From Auanema rhodensis (taxonomy: Eukaryota; Animalia; Nematoda), in NCBI GenBank assembly GCA_964057225.1, contig CAXKVF010000074.1, positions 248,001-312,000 of the forward strand: 64,000 nt of DNA, given 5' to 3'. The position numbers were made by a program, and so were the translations under genes. The notes beneath the pieces were generated by a model, which worked only from the letters and a program-made list of their open reading frames with translations, did no database searches and had not been told where the DNA came from. Shown here piece by piece: positions 10,801 to 21,700 of the stretch (the first letter of the stretch is position 1; each line of letters begins with the position of its first letter).

Positions 10801-11260
10801 GCTGATCCATCAAAACAATCCATGGGCCATTAGTTCTTATGCCACTAGGAATACTATTATACAAGGAGAGAGCTGTTTCATTTGATTCCAAAAGAAGAGG
10901 CAAAATTAATAGTCTCTCAGGTAAGCTTAGATTCATAACATTAAAAAATCTATTTAAAGATTCAACAAAAGAACGAAAGCTACGAGAGCCGTCATACCTG
11001 GGACAGAGATGGCAATTCAAAATAGTTGCCATATTTCTAGAGGGTGGAGCAACATTAGAATTAGGAGATGGAGAGGTAGGAGTCATTTTTCTTTCAAAAG
11101 CTTTAGTTATAGCAGCGGGCCACCGACTTGGTGATCTATTTCGTACTGTAGTAGGTGCCCGAGGTGTTTCCTCAGTGATGGCCTTTCTGCTTTTACTTCT
11201 CGTTCTAATTGTTAGAGAAGAAGAGTGAGAAGAAGAAGAGGAATCACCTTCTTCTCTCAA
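4781..11260 (-). CDS. Gag-Env(gB-like)-Pol polyprotein, 2159 aa (ORF-track start is TTG; first ATGs are at 11086 and 11032)
   Basis: Single uninterrupted ORF: Gag motifs (YDGSRSF, QQGDKSVLDF, FLNGL), signal peptide, Cys-rich ectodomain, TM, protease DSGA, RT YLDD, RNase H ESDGS...DALSR. Confidence 0.93.
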   Translation of the reverse strand: MREEGDSSSSSHSSSLTIRTRSKSRKAITEETPRAPTTVRNRSPSRWPAAITKAFERKMTPTSPSPNSNVAPPSRNMATILNCHLCPRYDGSRSFRSFVESLNRFFNVMNLSLPERLLILPLLLESNETALSLYNSIPSGIRTNGPWIVLMDQLTELLAPKTDKNFTIALIHRIQQGDKSVLDFSMELERMASTIMSPMDPEREPMLKTAFLNGLKEELGIAVLTKNPATYEQAKKLARFEEGVRNSFMKRNEDTSTLKELINALQHKLSFSEERERSRNNNNNKNYKNNKNNKKNNNWTQHNNGSNDYERERERPSAVRYNNNNSQNGNMNRRPNPGNRPFANGRNANSSSWNPRPSSPRRQRPSANGNGNSRVYSVATPFMPPVTLCLTLLALSCLPFGSAKYQICAQSEGGILVTPPVVTGCHKAEIEKAHSVEVEIYLPKAEIESWEAWKCYVKKYKSCVRDFMFLRDRNTTFSHIETVDKKDCVRAHRNRMWNDKIMNAQQHSVFETPLNEHNPTRSWSTEECVEIEQFVLKRGIITRLKEDHIVSDLFINTDNCKGNEGFCATGEGAVIWQPPILSVVCHYQKLGPFSAMLGDHILLVHSIESAFVLQNHSTSAHVQSCFEFAVFESSSEAIIRFTAYPRVYNLLDLSNTLLNADRRRNKRNALPQKHRSFSDDYLFVNAKSQPYAFPFLRPTFIFGSASITKFYAKYMRYAATSSYESLLQFAIDNPLFIDTIVSLGLTKDHITNWAKSNNFKDPNLLILQCMGIEEIKLATRQMINSMKLDDLITQVARRIEVPRLKRSLMKSTTSIEDFFRGMAHAVVYQATILDGTQTVPSIEQLARALYPSILPRSGNMNQSEIIATAQGMLFMIQQQSGKEQISRDMQVSRQQKADATVRNNQEQDLAIISKLPDYHNLYTKNSTAYYGFPPQSIEYPQENPKFNKTEVLEFISWVKTQITTDKNMVQHTTVTPITSTKTTIRSLTTPTPNAYERGRELYVAEVYDNVLHKSEHKTKTIIDNKLNYGFEKARLSIIDEFHQQFHTICKSQMETVKSWQAILRIHPTIGVRAMLQRNDIVARFVGRNVLKITTCQEIEPHFIYRNHSYNDKCYAETPVLTHDKQLFFAPIDSYDLSTEGHEINCEHKETEIWYENGTWRDYKGDTHKVDSIHSEKHDHYAELSKLRFTGRNLFENSTEKSLALSIGLTYGYSLSTSPHHDLLRVISRSHDWPQISSFILKGSKLIRDARKIVFSNWDLFIDFCIGSIERTLITIGCITLILCLMIALYFTIKCYLSPTSMLKINHIMLSPTAPPLEGDEIHETVSDELMRSYFPTIITYIPLAIPFVCHTTTKKNGHMLPFVHIDIEGRGLLALWDSGATVSYIPFSTLAYIGRQYFTKYSKSASTANGSEFRFVGKCKLDVGIAGYQVEHEFLISEDNDCPGQMLLGTDFMRTLEEREIFTTLKLCKGKLIVGNMETPLVKPGCFAYKTTTKTVNIISLSTVTVPPHSTSHISLQTGPELDFDQYALLKSSTGPISIPDAAIGPFPITMVVSNNSSKPIKINKNDHIGSGLIASKEIMNDYVPPEADWEDKLPTFPQHLLDDLNFNSCTLSHKMKKNLITIIKENQTAFFNHDHNIGLFCGPVEHAIPIRSDMDFPKSRSYRVPLGKQEEVERQVKEMLSQGIIENSTATFTSPVVFVKKKDNSFRFVTDFRALNSVTKKQTYSIPHIPDIIDLAAGAQFFSNFDLISGFFQIPLKRSDRYLTAFTTPSGTYQYCRMPMGLCGAPHTFQSAVRYLQSLVRCKLFVYLDDLLIISNSAEEHLRDIQEVLKKVTELGLKIKLSKCCFAATEVKFLGFIIGRNGVKPDPAKIQAVSEFPNPSTVTAVRSFLGMTNYFRRFIQNYAGIAEPLYKLTHKDTPFEWKSEHADAFETLKTLLCTAPVLKPPKADQPFVIESDGSMIAVGAVLLQSAEKNSPLHPIAFASRKLTPAERKYPPIEVEALGLVFALQQFRTYVLGVPTTVITDHRPLTSLMSRKDLIGRLAKYQLMIQDFNIKIEYRPGKLNSVCDALSRYIGNEANDSRPTKPKDKVKPVDAFIAHITTISSIDQLNCEEIRKVQAGVPWIREALSQINNDNCPANISDRYEEREGILHAKQAKNY
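5045..5410 (-). other. RNase H domain
   Basis: FVIESDGS...AVL.Q...PIAFASRKL...E.LG...TDHRPL...YRPGK.N..CDALSR. Confidence 0.95.
5690..6320 (-). other. Reverse transcriptase domain (Gypsy type)
   Basis: SPVVFVKKKD, FVTDFRALN, FDLISGFFQI, MPMGLCGAP, YLDD (5828-5839), KCCF...FLG. Confidence 0.97.
6900..7190 (-). other. Retropepsin-type aspartic protease domain
   Basis: ALWDSGATVS (catalytic D at 7130-7132) and downstream MLLGTDF motif. Confidence 0.9.
7385..10114 (-). other. Env-like type I membrane glycoprotein domain, class III (herpes gB-like) fusogen candidate
   Basis: Signal peptide MPPVTLCLTLLALSCLPFGSA (10052-10114); many Cys and N-x-S/T sequons; furin sites RRRNKR (9260-9277) and RLKR (8843-8854); gB-like C-x2-Q...W...HP...AR-x2-G...C...CY...P...C motif (7826-8116); TM TLITIGCITLILCLMIALYFTI (7385-7450). 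Confidence 0.8.
10115..11032 (-). other. gag: Gag (capsid-like) domain with Asn/Arg-rich low-complexity C-terminus; no CCHC knuckle visible
   Basis: PRYDGSRSFRSFVESL...IQQGDKSVLDFSMELERMA...AFLNGL resembles the retrotransposon gag domain; followed by NNNNNKNYKNNKNNKKNNN and R/N/P-rich segment. Confidence 0.8.
10365..10422 (-). repeat. AAT/AAA-rich coding microsatellite (poly-Asn/Lys) in Gag
   Basis: TTATTATTTTT-type repeats on + strand encoding NNNNNKNYKNNKNNKKNNN. Confidence 0.8.
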
Positions 11261-12400
11261 AAATTCAAAAGGAGAGAGGTAGGTGGATGGAGTATTTAAG
11301 TTTTTAGAATTAAATTCAAAAACTTGGCGTACCTCTGGTGATCCTTGTTCCTGATCTTTGTTTTCCTCGCTGATGTCCGAGTCCGACAGGGTGGCTGGTG
11401 AATACAGTTAGATGAATATAAGAGCGCGTACTGGAAGCAACTAGACTCCAGTAAAAACGTTTGTGACAATGGCGTCTGATGAAGGAGGATCGTTGAAGCT
11501 TCAAGCTCCGCCTCCAGCCATGTGTCACGACACCAGATGTTAGCGCTTATGGTAAACAACCATTGACCGTCTGTCGTGATATTTGAATATTATAATCACT
11601 TATGTCAGCTTAGAGACAAATAAGGAATCACAGATGGTGCCTTAAGCCTGTTTGAAAACTTTTGAATTTTAACAGCTGTTATTGACTACACATATCGAAC
11701 AGCTGGTACGCGTGGGCCAACTATTTGAATGTGAGTAAGCTTAAAGTAAACAAAAATGTCTCATCTCGTATATTAAGTTCAATTTTATAAAGTTTATTAA
11801 GATTTGTAGAAAGAATTTCAAAATAAATCTTAATTAAGATAATTTTTAATTTAATTTCAAAAGATTTAGAAGGTAATTTAAGATTGATATAGGAGTTTAA
11901 ATTCAGTAATCTGTCAGTAATATAGGAAAAAGGAAACGTTGGCAGACGTAGAGTGGACTTGGGTGGGTAGGAATTTAAATATTCTTATTATCTCTGAACT
12001 AATAAGAAAAGAGTTAACAGGAGTAGAACCCTGATGAACCCTTGGATGTGAATCAAAATTAATAAATCGTAAATAAAATTATCCCAACAGCCTCCAGCTT
12101 CCAAACAACTCAGCTAAAAAGTGAGCTCTGTTGCCACACTGGACATTCACATCATAAAGTAATGAATCAAAATAGCACGCGCGTGCATAACAAAAAGGTA
12201 ACGCTCGTCAAAACTATTGTCTGATAGTTTCCCCAAACGTCTCAGACACCTCCCAGTTTTTGTTGAGCGGAGGAGAAGTGGTAGCCAAAATAATTTTTGG
12301 GGAAATCATGGTGCACGGCTCGGTTACTCCTCACTGTTGGGTAATTAAGTCCAAAAGTCTCGTAAACTTGCTGTCAATAAATTAACAGTAGAGTAAGCAA
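11261..12400 (-). other. Long 5' leader/untranslated region of the retroelement
   Basis: About 1.1 kb between PBS and polyprotein ORF with only short ORFs and an AT-rich centre. Confidence 0.6.
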
Positions 12401-12413
12401 GGTGGAACCTCCA
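12401..12413 (-). promoter_or_regulatory. Primer-binding site complementary to the 3' end of tRNA-Gln
   Basis: Minus strand TGGAGGTTCCACC is complementary to the ...GGUGGAACCUCCA-3' end of eukaryotic tRNA-Gln; directly abuts the inferred LTR end. Confidence 0.85.
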
Positions 12414-12794
12414 CGTTACATATCGTTTCTTCCCGTCTTTTCATGGTCGGAAGATATATGTACTTCTACCTTGTTCCTTAGGTAGGCAGACCCGAACGCC
12501 CCGATTTCCTTATTAAGACAAATACTCAAAGAGAAAAGGATTCATTATCAGATAACAAGAAAATACAATATAAGAATTACATTAAGAAAGAATATAAAGA
12601 GATATGATGAAGTATTAAATAGAGTATATATATAGATGATATAGAGATGAGACTCACATGACTATAAGACAACCTATCTGGGTTAGGCCAGAAGCAAGAG
12701 TGCCATGTGTGTCCCATGTTGTGGGCGGGGCTTGTTCAGGCTCCCGCTATTTGAATAGCGCGCACATGTTTACCATGCGCTTGCAGATGTGACA
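12414..12794 (-). repeat. 5' LTR (about 381 bp), the only LTR copy retained
   Basis: Starts TGTCACAT at the satellite junction and ends ATGTAACG (imperfect terminal inverted repeat) immediately before the PBS; TATATATA tract near 12625-12634; no second copy to confirm the bounds. Confidence 0.75.
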
Positions 12795-15700
12795 CACGTG
12801 ATGTGCACTTGGTATGTAACTCGCTTCACGTGAAAGATAAAGAGATGCGGTTTTCAAAATTAGATTCCCCATGTCCATATTAGTCTAAAAACAAATTTTT
12901 ATTGATATTGGTTCTTGGTAACCATGACTTTGAAATTTACGTGAACTTTAATTTATGCTAATTAAATGTACACGTGATGTGCACTTGGTATGTAACTCGC
13001 TTCACGTGAAAGATGAAGTGATGCGGTTTTCAAAATTAGATTCCCCATGTCCATATTAGTCTAAAAACAAATTTTTATTGATATTGGTTCGTGGTAACCA
13101 TGACTTTGAAATTTACGTGAACTTTAATTTATGCTAATTAAATGTACACGTGATGTGCACTTGGTATGTAACTCGCTTCACGTGAAAGATAAAGAGATGC
13201 GGTTTTCAAAATTAGATTCCCCATGTCCATATTAGTCTAAAAACAAATTTTTATTGATATTGGTGCATGGTAACCATGACTTTGAAATTTACGTGAACTT
13301 TAATTTATGCTAATTAAATGTACACGTGATGTGCACTTGGTATGTAACTCGCTTCACGTGAAAAATAAAGAGATGCGGTTTTCAAAATTAGATTCCCCAT
13401 GTCCATATTAGTCTAAAAACAAATTTTTATTGATATTGGTTCATGGTAACCATGACTTTGAAATTTACGTGAACTTTAATTTATGCTAATTAAATGTACA
13501 CGTGATGTGCACTTGGTATGTAACTCGCTTCACGTGAAAGATAAAGAGATGCGGTTTTCAAAATTAGATTCCCCATGTCCATATTAGTCTAAAAACAAAT
13601 TTTTATTGATATTGGTTCATGGTAACCATGACTTTGAAATTTACGTGAACTTTAATTTATGCTAATTAAATGTACACGTGATGTGCACTTGGTATGTAAC
13701 TCGCTTCACGTGAAAGATAAAGTGATGCGGATTTCAAAATTAGATTCCCCATGTCCATATTAGTCTAAAAACAAATTTTTATTGATATTGGTTCATGGTA
13801 ACCATGACTTTGAAATTTACGTGAACTTTAATTTATGCTAATTAAATGTACACGTGATGTGCACTTGGTATGTAACTCGCTTCACGTGAAAGATAAAGAG
13901 ATGCGGTTTTCAAAATTAGATTTCCCATTTCCATATTAGTCTAAAAACAAACTTTTATTGATATTGGTGCATGGTAACCATGACTTTGAAATTTACGTGA
14001 ACTTTAATTTATGCTAATTAAATGTACACGTGATGTGCACTTGGTATGTAACTCGCTTCACGTGAAAAATAAAGAGATGCGGTTTTCAAAATTAGATTCC
14101 CCATGTCCATATTAGTCTAAAAACAAATTTTTATTGATATTGGTTCATGGTAACCATGACTTTGAAATTTACGTGAACTTTAATTTATGCTAATTAAATG
14201 TACACGTGATGTGCACTTGGTATGTAACTCGCTTCACGTGAAAGATAAAGAGATGCGGTTTTCAAAATTAGATTCCCCATGTCCATATTAGTCTAAAAAC
14301 AAATTTTTATTGATATTGGTTCATGGTAACCATGACTTTGAATTTTACGTGAACTTTAATTTATGCTAATTAAATGTACACGTGATGTGCACTTGGTATG
14401 TAACTCGCTTCACGTGAAAGATAAAGTGATGCGGTTTTCAAAATTAGATTCCCCATGTCCATATTAGTCTAAAAACAAATTTTTATTGATATTGGTGCAT
14501 GGTAACCATGACTTTGAAATTTACGTGAACTTTAATTTATGCTAATTAAATGTACACGTGATGTGCACTTGGTATGTAACTCGCTTCACGTGAAAGATAA
14601 AGAGATGCGGTTTTCAAAATTAGATTCCCCATGTCCATATTAGTCTAAAAACAAATTTTTATTGATATTGGTGCATGGTAACCATGACTTTGAAATTTAC
14701 GTGAACTTTAATTTATGCTAATTAAATGTACACGTGATGTGCACTTGGTATGTAACTCGCTTCACGTGAAAAATAAAGAGATGCGGTTTTCAAAATTAGA
14801 TTCCCCATGTCCATATTAGTCTAAAAACAAATTTTTATTGATATTGGTGCATGGTAACCATGACTTTGAAATTTACGTGAACTTTAATTTATGCTAATTA
14901 AATGTACACGTGATGTGCACTTGGTATGTAACTCGCTTCACGTGAAAAATAAAGAGATGCGGTTTTCAAAATTAGATTCCCCATGTCCATATTAGTCTAA
15001 AAACAAATTTTTATTGATATTGGTGCATGGTAACCATGACTTTGAAATTTACGTGAACTTTAATTTATGCTAATTAAATGTACACGTGATGTGCACTTGG
15101 TATGTAACTCGCTTCACGTGAAAAATAAAGAGATGCGGTTTTCAAAATTAGATTCCCCATGTCCATATTAGTCTAAAAACAAATTTTTATTGATATTGGT
15201 TCATGGTAACCATGACTTTGAAATTTACGTGAACTTTAATTTATGCTAATTAAATGTACACGTGATGTGCACTTGGTATGTAACTCGCTTCACGTGAAAA
15301 ATAAAGAGATGCGGTTTTCAAAATTAGATTCCCCATGTCCATATTAGTCTAAAAACAAATTTTTATTGATATTGGTTCATGGTAACCATGACTTTGAAAT
15401 TTACGTGAACTTTAATTTATGCTAATTAAATGTACACGTGATGTGCACTTGGTATGTAACTCGCTTCACGTGAAAGATAAAGAGATGCGGTTTTCAAAAT
15501 TAGATTCCCCATGTCCATATTAGTCTAAAAACAAATTTTTATTGATATTGGTTCATGGTAACCATGACTTTGAATTTTACGTGAACTTTAATTTATGCTA
15601 ATTAAATGTACACGTGATGTGCACTTGGTATGTAACTCGCTTCACGTGAAAGATAAAGTGATGCGGTTTTCAAAATTAGATTCCCCATGTCCATATTAGT

Positions 15701-18700
15701 CTAAAAACAAATTTTTATTGATATTGGTGCATGGTAACCATGACTTTGAAATTTACGTGAACTTTAATTTATGCTAATTAAATGTACACGTGATGTGCAC
15801 TTGGTATGTAACTCGCTTCACGTGAAAGATAAAGAGATGCGGTTTTCAAAATTAGATTCCCCATGTCCATATTAGTCTAAAAACAAATTTTTATTGATAT
15901 TGGTGCATGGTAACCATGACTTTGAAATTTACGTGAACTTTAATTTATGCTAATTAAATGTACACGTGATGTGCACTTGGTATGTAACTCGCTTCACGTG
16001 AAAAATAAAGAGATGCGGTTTTCAAAATTAGATTCCCCATGTCCATATTAGTCTAAAAACAAATTTTTATTGATATTGGTGCATGGTAACCATGACTTTG
16101 AAATTTACGTGAACTTTAATTTATGCTAATTAAATGTACACGTGATGTGCACTTGGTATGTAACTCGCTTCACGTGAAAAATAAAGAGATGCGGTTTTCA
16201 AAATTAGATTCCCCATGTCCATATTAGTCTAAAAACAAATTTTTATTGATATTGGTGCATGGTAACCATGACTTTGAAATTTACGTGAACTTTAATTTAT
16301 GCTAATTAAATGTACACGTGATGTGCACTTGGTATGTAACTCGCTTCACGTGAAAAATAAAGAGATGCGGTTTTCAAAATTAGATTCCCCATGTCCATAT
16401 TAGTCTAAAAACAAATTTTTATTGATATTGGTTCATGGTAACCATGACTTTGAAATTTACGTGAACTTTAATTTATGCTAATTAAATGTACACGTGATGT
16501 GCACTTGGTATGTAACTCGCTTCACGTGAAAGATAAAGAGATGCGGTTTTCAAAATTAGATTCCCCATGTCCATATTAGTCTAAAAACAAATTTTTATTG
16601 ATATTGGTGCATGGTAACCATGACTTTGAAATTTACGTGAACTTTAATTTATGCTAATTAAATGTACACGTGATGTGCACTTGGTATGTAACTCGCTTCA
16701 CGTGAAAAATAAAGAGATGCGGTTTTCAAAATTAGATTCCCCATGTCCATATTAGTCTAAAAACAAATTTTTATTGATATTGGTGCATGGTAACCATGAC
16801 TTTGAAATTTACGTGAACTTTAATTTATGCTAATTAAATGTACACGTGATGTGCACTTGGTATGTAACTCGCTTCACGTGAAAAATAAAGAGATGCGGTT
16901 TTCAAAATTAGATTCCCCATGTCCATATTAGTCTAAAAACAAATTTTTATTGATATTGGTGCATGGTAACCATGACTTTGAAATTTACGTGAACTTTAAT
17001 TTATGCTAATTAAATGTACACGTGATGTGCACTTGGTATGTAACTCGCTTCACGTGAAAGATAAAGAGATGCGGTTTTCAAAATTAGATTCCCCATGTCC
17101 ATATTAGTCTAAAAACAAATTTTTATTGATATTGGTGCATGGTAACCATGACTTTGAAATTTACGTGAACTTTAATTTATGCTAATTAAATGTACACGTG
17201 ATGTGCACTTGGTATGTAACTCGCTTCACGTGAAAAATAAAGAGATGCGGTTTTCAAAATTAGATTCCCCATGTCCATATTAGTCTAAAAACAAATTTTT
17301 ATTGATATTGGTTCATGGTAACCATGACTTTGAAATTTACGTGAACTTTAATTTATGCTAATTAAATGTACACGTGATGTGCACTTGGTATGTAACTCGC
17401 TTCACGTGAAAGATAAAGAGATGCGGTTTTCAAAATTAGATTCCCCATGTCCATATTAGTCTAAAAACAAATTTTTATTGATATTGGTGCATGGTAACCA
17501 TGACTTTGAAATTTACGTGAACTTTAATTTATGCTAATTAAATGTACACGTGATGTGCACTTGGTATGTAACTCGCTTCACGTGAAAAATAAAGAGATGC
17601 GGTTTTCAAAATTAGATTCCCCATGTCCATATTAGTCTAAAAACAAATTTTTATTGATATTGGTGCATGGTAACCATGACTTTGAAATTTACGTGAACTT
17701 TAATTTATGCTAATTAAATGTACACGTGATGTGCACTTGGTATGTAACTCGCTTCACGTGAAAAATAAAGAGATGCGGTTTTCAAAATTAGATTCCCCAT
17801 GTCCATATTAGTCTAAAAACAAATTTTTATTGATATTGGTGCATGGTAACCATGACTTTGAAATTTACGTGAACTTTAATTTATGCTAATTAAATGTACA
17901 CGTGATGTGCACTTGGTATGTAACTCGCTTCACGTGAAAGATAAAGAGATGCGGTTTTCAAAATTAGATTCCCCATGTCCATATTAGTCTAAAAACAAAT
18001 TTTTATTGATATTGGTTCATGGTAACCATGACTTTGAAATTTACGTGAACTTTAATTTATGCTAATTAAATGTACACGTGATGTGCACTTGGTATGTAAC
18101 TCGCTTCACGTGAAAGATAAAGAGATGCGGTTTTCAAAATTAGATTCCCCATGTCCATATTAGTCTAAAAACAAATTTTTATTGATATTGGTTCATGGTA
18201 ACCATGACTTTGAAATTTACGTGAACTTTAATTTATGCTAATTAAATGTACACGTGATGTGCACTTGGTATGTAACTCGCTTCACGTGAAAGATAAAGAG
18301 ATGCGGTTCTCAAAATTAGATTCCCCATGTCCATATTAGTCTAAAAACAAATTTTTATTGATATTGGTTCATGGTAACCATGACTTTGAAATTTACGTGA
18401 ACTTTAATTTATGCTAATTAAATGTACACGTGATGTGCACTTGGTATGTAACTCGCTTCACGTGAAAGATAAAGAGATGCGGTTTTCAAAATTAGATTCC
18501 CCATGTCCATATTAGTCTAAAAACAAATTTTTATTGATATTGGTGCATGGTAACCATGACTTTGAAATTTACGTGAACTTTAATTTATGCTAATTAAATG
18601 TACACGTGATGTGCACTTGGTATGTAACTCGCTTCACGTGAAAAATAAAGAGATGCGGTTTTCAAAATTAGATTCCCCATGTCCATATTAGTCTAAAAAC

Positions 18701-21700
18701 AAATTTTTATTGATATTGGTGCATGGTAACCATGACTTTGAAATTTACGTGAACTTTAATTTATGCTAATTAAATGTACACGTGATGTGCACTTGGTATG
18801 TAACTCGCTTCACGTGAAAAATAAAGAGATGCGGTTTTCAAAATTAGATTCCCCATGTCCATATTAGTCTAAAAACAAATTTTTATTGATATTGGTGCAT
18901 GGTAACCATGACTTTGAAATTTACGTGAACTTTAATTTATGCTAATTAAATGTACACGTGATGTGCACTTGGTATGTAACTCGCTTCACGTGAAAGATAA
19001 AGAGATGCGGTTTTCAAAATTAGATTCCCCATGTCCATATTAGTCTAAAAACAAATTTTTATTGATATTGGTTCATGGTAACCATGACTTTGAAATTTAC
19101 GTGAACTTTAATTTATGCTAATTAAATGTACACGTGATGTGCACTTGGTATGTAACTCGCTTCACGTGAAAGATAAAGAGATGCGGTTTTCAAAATTAGA
19201 TTCCCCATGTCCATATTAGTCTAAAAACAAATTTTTATTGATATTGGTTCATGGTAACCATGACTTTGAAATTTACGTGAACTTTAATTTATGCTAATTA
19301 AATGTACACGTGATGTGCACTTGGTATGTAACTCGCTTCACGTGAAAGATAAAGAGATGCGGTTTTCAAAATTAGATTCCCCATGTCCATATTAGTCTAA
19401 AAACAAATTTTTATTGATATTGGTTCATGGTAACCATGACTTTGAAATTTACGTGAACTTTAATTTATGCTAATTAAATGTACACGTGATGTGCACTTGG
19501 TATGTAACTCGCTTCACGTGAAAGATGAAGTGATGCGGTTTTCAAAATTAGATTCCCCATGTCCATATTAGTCTAAAAACAAATTTTTATTGATATTGGT
19601 TCGTGGTAACCATGACTTTGAAATTTACGTGAACTTTAATTTATGCTAATTAAATGTACACGTGATGTGCACTTGGTATGTAACTCGCTTCACGTGAAAG
19701 ATAAAGAGATGCGGTTTTCAAAATTAGATTCCCCATGTCCATATTAGTCTAAAAACAAATTTTTATTGATATTGGTGCATGGTAACCATGACTTTGAAAT
19801 TTACGTGAACTTTAATTTATGCTAATTAAATGTACACGTGATGTGCACTTGGTATGTAACTCGCTTCACGTGAAAAATAAAGAGATGCGGTTTTCAAAAT
19901 TAGATTCCCCATGTCCATATTAGTCTAAGAACAAATTTTTATTGATATTGGTTCATGGTAACCATGACTTTGAAATTTACGTGAACTTTAATTTATGCTA
20001 ATTAAATGTACACGTGATGTGCACTTGGTATGTAACTCGCTTCACGTGAAAGATAAAGAGATGCTGTTTTCAAAATTAGATTCCCCATGTCCATATTAGT
20101 CTAAAAACAAATTTTTATTGATATTGGTTCATGGTAACCATGACTTTGAAATTTACGTGAACTTTAATTTATGCTAATTAAATGTACACGTGATGTGCAC
20201 TTGGTATGTAACTCGCTTCACGTGAAAGATAAAGAGATGCGGTTTTCAAAATTAGATTCCCCATGTTCATATTAGTCTAAAAACAAATTTTTATTGATAT
20301 TGGTTCATGGTAACCATGACTTTGAAATTTACGTGAACTTTAATTTATGCTAATTAAATGTACACGTGATGTGCACTTGGTATGTAACTCGCTTCACGTG
20401 AAAGATAAAGAGATGCGGTTTTCAAAATTAGATTCCCCATGTCCATATTAGTCTAAAAACAAATTTTTATTGATATTGGTGCATGGTAACCATGACTTTG
20501 AAATTTACGTGAACTTTAATTTATGCTAATTAAATGTACACGTGATGTGCACTTGGTATGTAACTCGCTTCACGTGAAAGATAAAGAGATGCGGTTTTCA
20601 AAATTAGATTCCCCATGTCCATATTAGTCTAAAAACAAATTTTTATTGATATTGGTGCATGGTAACCATGACTTTGAAATTTACGTGAACTTTAATTTAT
20701 GCTAATTAAATGTACACGTGATGTGCACTTGGTATGTAACTCGCTTCACGTGAAAAATAAAGAGATGCGGTTTTCAAAATTAGATTCCCCATGTCCATAT
20801 TAGTCTAAAAACAAATTTTTATTGATATTGGTGCATGGTAACCATGACTTTGAAATTTACGTGAACTTTAATTTATGCTAATTAAATGTACACGTGATGT
20901 GCACTTGGTATGTAACTCGCTTCACGTGAAAGATAAAGAGATGCGGTTTTCAAAATTAGATTCCCCATGTCCATATTAGTCTAAAAACAAATTTTTATTG
21001 ATATTGGTTCATGGTAACCATGACTTTGAAATTTACGTGAACTTTAATTTATGCTAATTAAATGTACACGTGATGTGCACTTGGTATGTAACTCGCTTCA
21101 CGTGAAAGATAAAGAGATGCGGTTTTCAAAATTAGATTCCCCATGTTCATATTAGTCTAAAAACAAATTTTTATTGATATTGGTTCATGGTAACCATGAC
21201 TTTGAAATTTACGTGAACTTTAATTTATGCTAATTAAATGTACACGTGATGTGCACTTGGTATGTAACTCGCTTCACGTGAAAGATAAAGAGATGCGGTT
21301 TTCAAAATTAGATTCCCCATGTCCATATTAGTCTAAAAACAAACTTTTATTGATATTGGTGCATGGTAACCATGACTTTGAAATTTACGTGAACTTTAAT
21401 TTATGCTAATTAAATGTACACGTGATGTGCACTTGGTATGTAACTCGCTTCACGTGAAAGATAAAGAGATGCGGTTTTCAAAATTAGATTCCCCATGTCC
21501 ATATTAGTCTAAAAACAAATTTTTATTGATATTGGTTCATGGTAACCATGACTTTGAAATTTACGTGAACTTTAATTTATGCTAATTAAATGTACACGTG
21601 ATGTGCACTTGGTATGTAACTCGCTTCACGTGAAAGATGAAGTGATGCGGTTTTCAAAATTAGATTCCCCATGTCCATATTAGTCCAAAAACAAATTTTT

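Larger units (their letters stand above)
4308..12794 (-). mobile_element. Ty3/Gypsy (Metaviridae-like) LTR retroelement with env-like glycoprotein, 3'-truncated (C-terminal integrase, PPT and 3' LTR missing)
   Basis: Unique sequence between satellite blocks; Gag-PR-RT-RNaseH-IN order typical of Gypsy; begins TGTCACATC at 12794 on the minus strand; PBS follows the LTR; integrase breaks off into satellite at 4308. Confidence 0.95.

Noticed and set aside
4509-11228. Short + strand ORFs (4509, 5616, 6060, 6074, 6720, 10101, 10172, 10839) and the nested - strand ORF at 9172-9441
   Set aside because: Antisense or alternate-frame shadows of the polyprotein with no recognisable motifs; the hydrophobic run in 10172-10456 is just the reverse of the Asn microsatellite
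11296-11559. Two short - strand ORFs upstream of gag (87 and 70 aa)
   Set aside because: No recognisable domain; could be uORFs in the leader but are unsupported
12401-12413. tRNA-Gln gene
   Set aside because: Only the 13 terminal bases including CCA match; this is a primer-binding site with no cloverleaf
4308-12794. BEL/Pao, Copia or true retrovirus classification
   Set aside because: RT/RNase H motifs and the PR-RT-RH-IN order are Gypsy-type; there is no triple-CCHC Gag or BEL-type YVDN, and integrase is not upstream of RT
4303-12799. CACGT on both sides of the element as a 5-bp target-site duplication
   Set aside because: The two CACGT come from different E-boxes of the monomer (positions 79-83 versus 47-51), and the left end is a truncation inside integrase, not an LTR end
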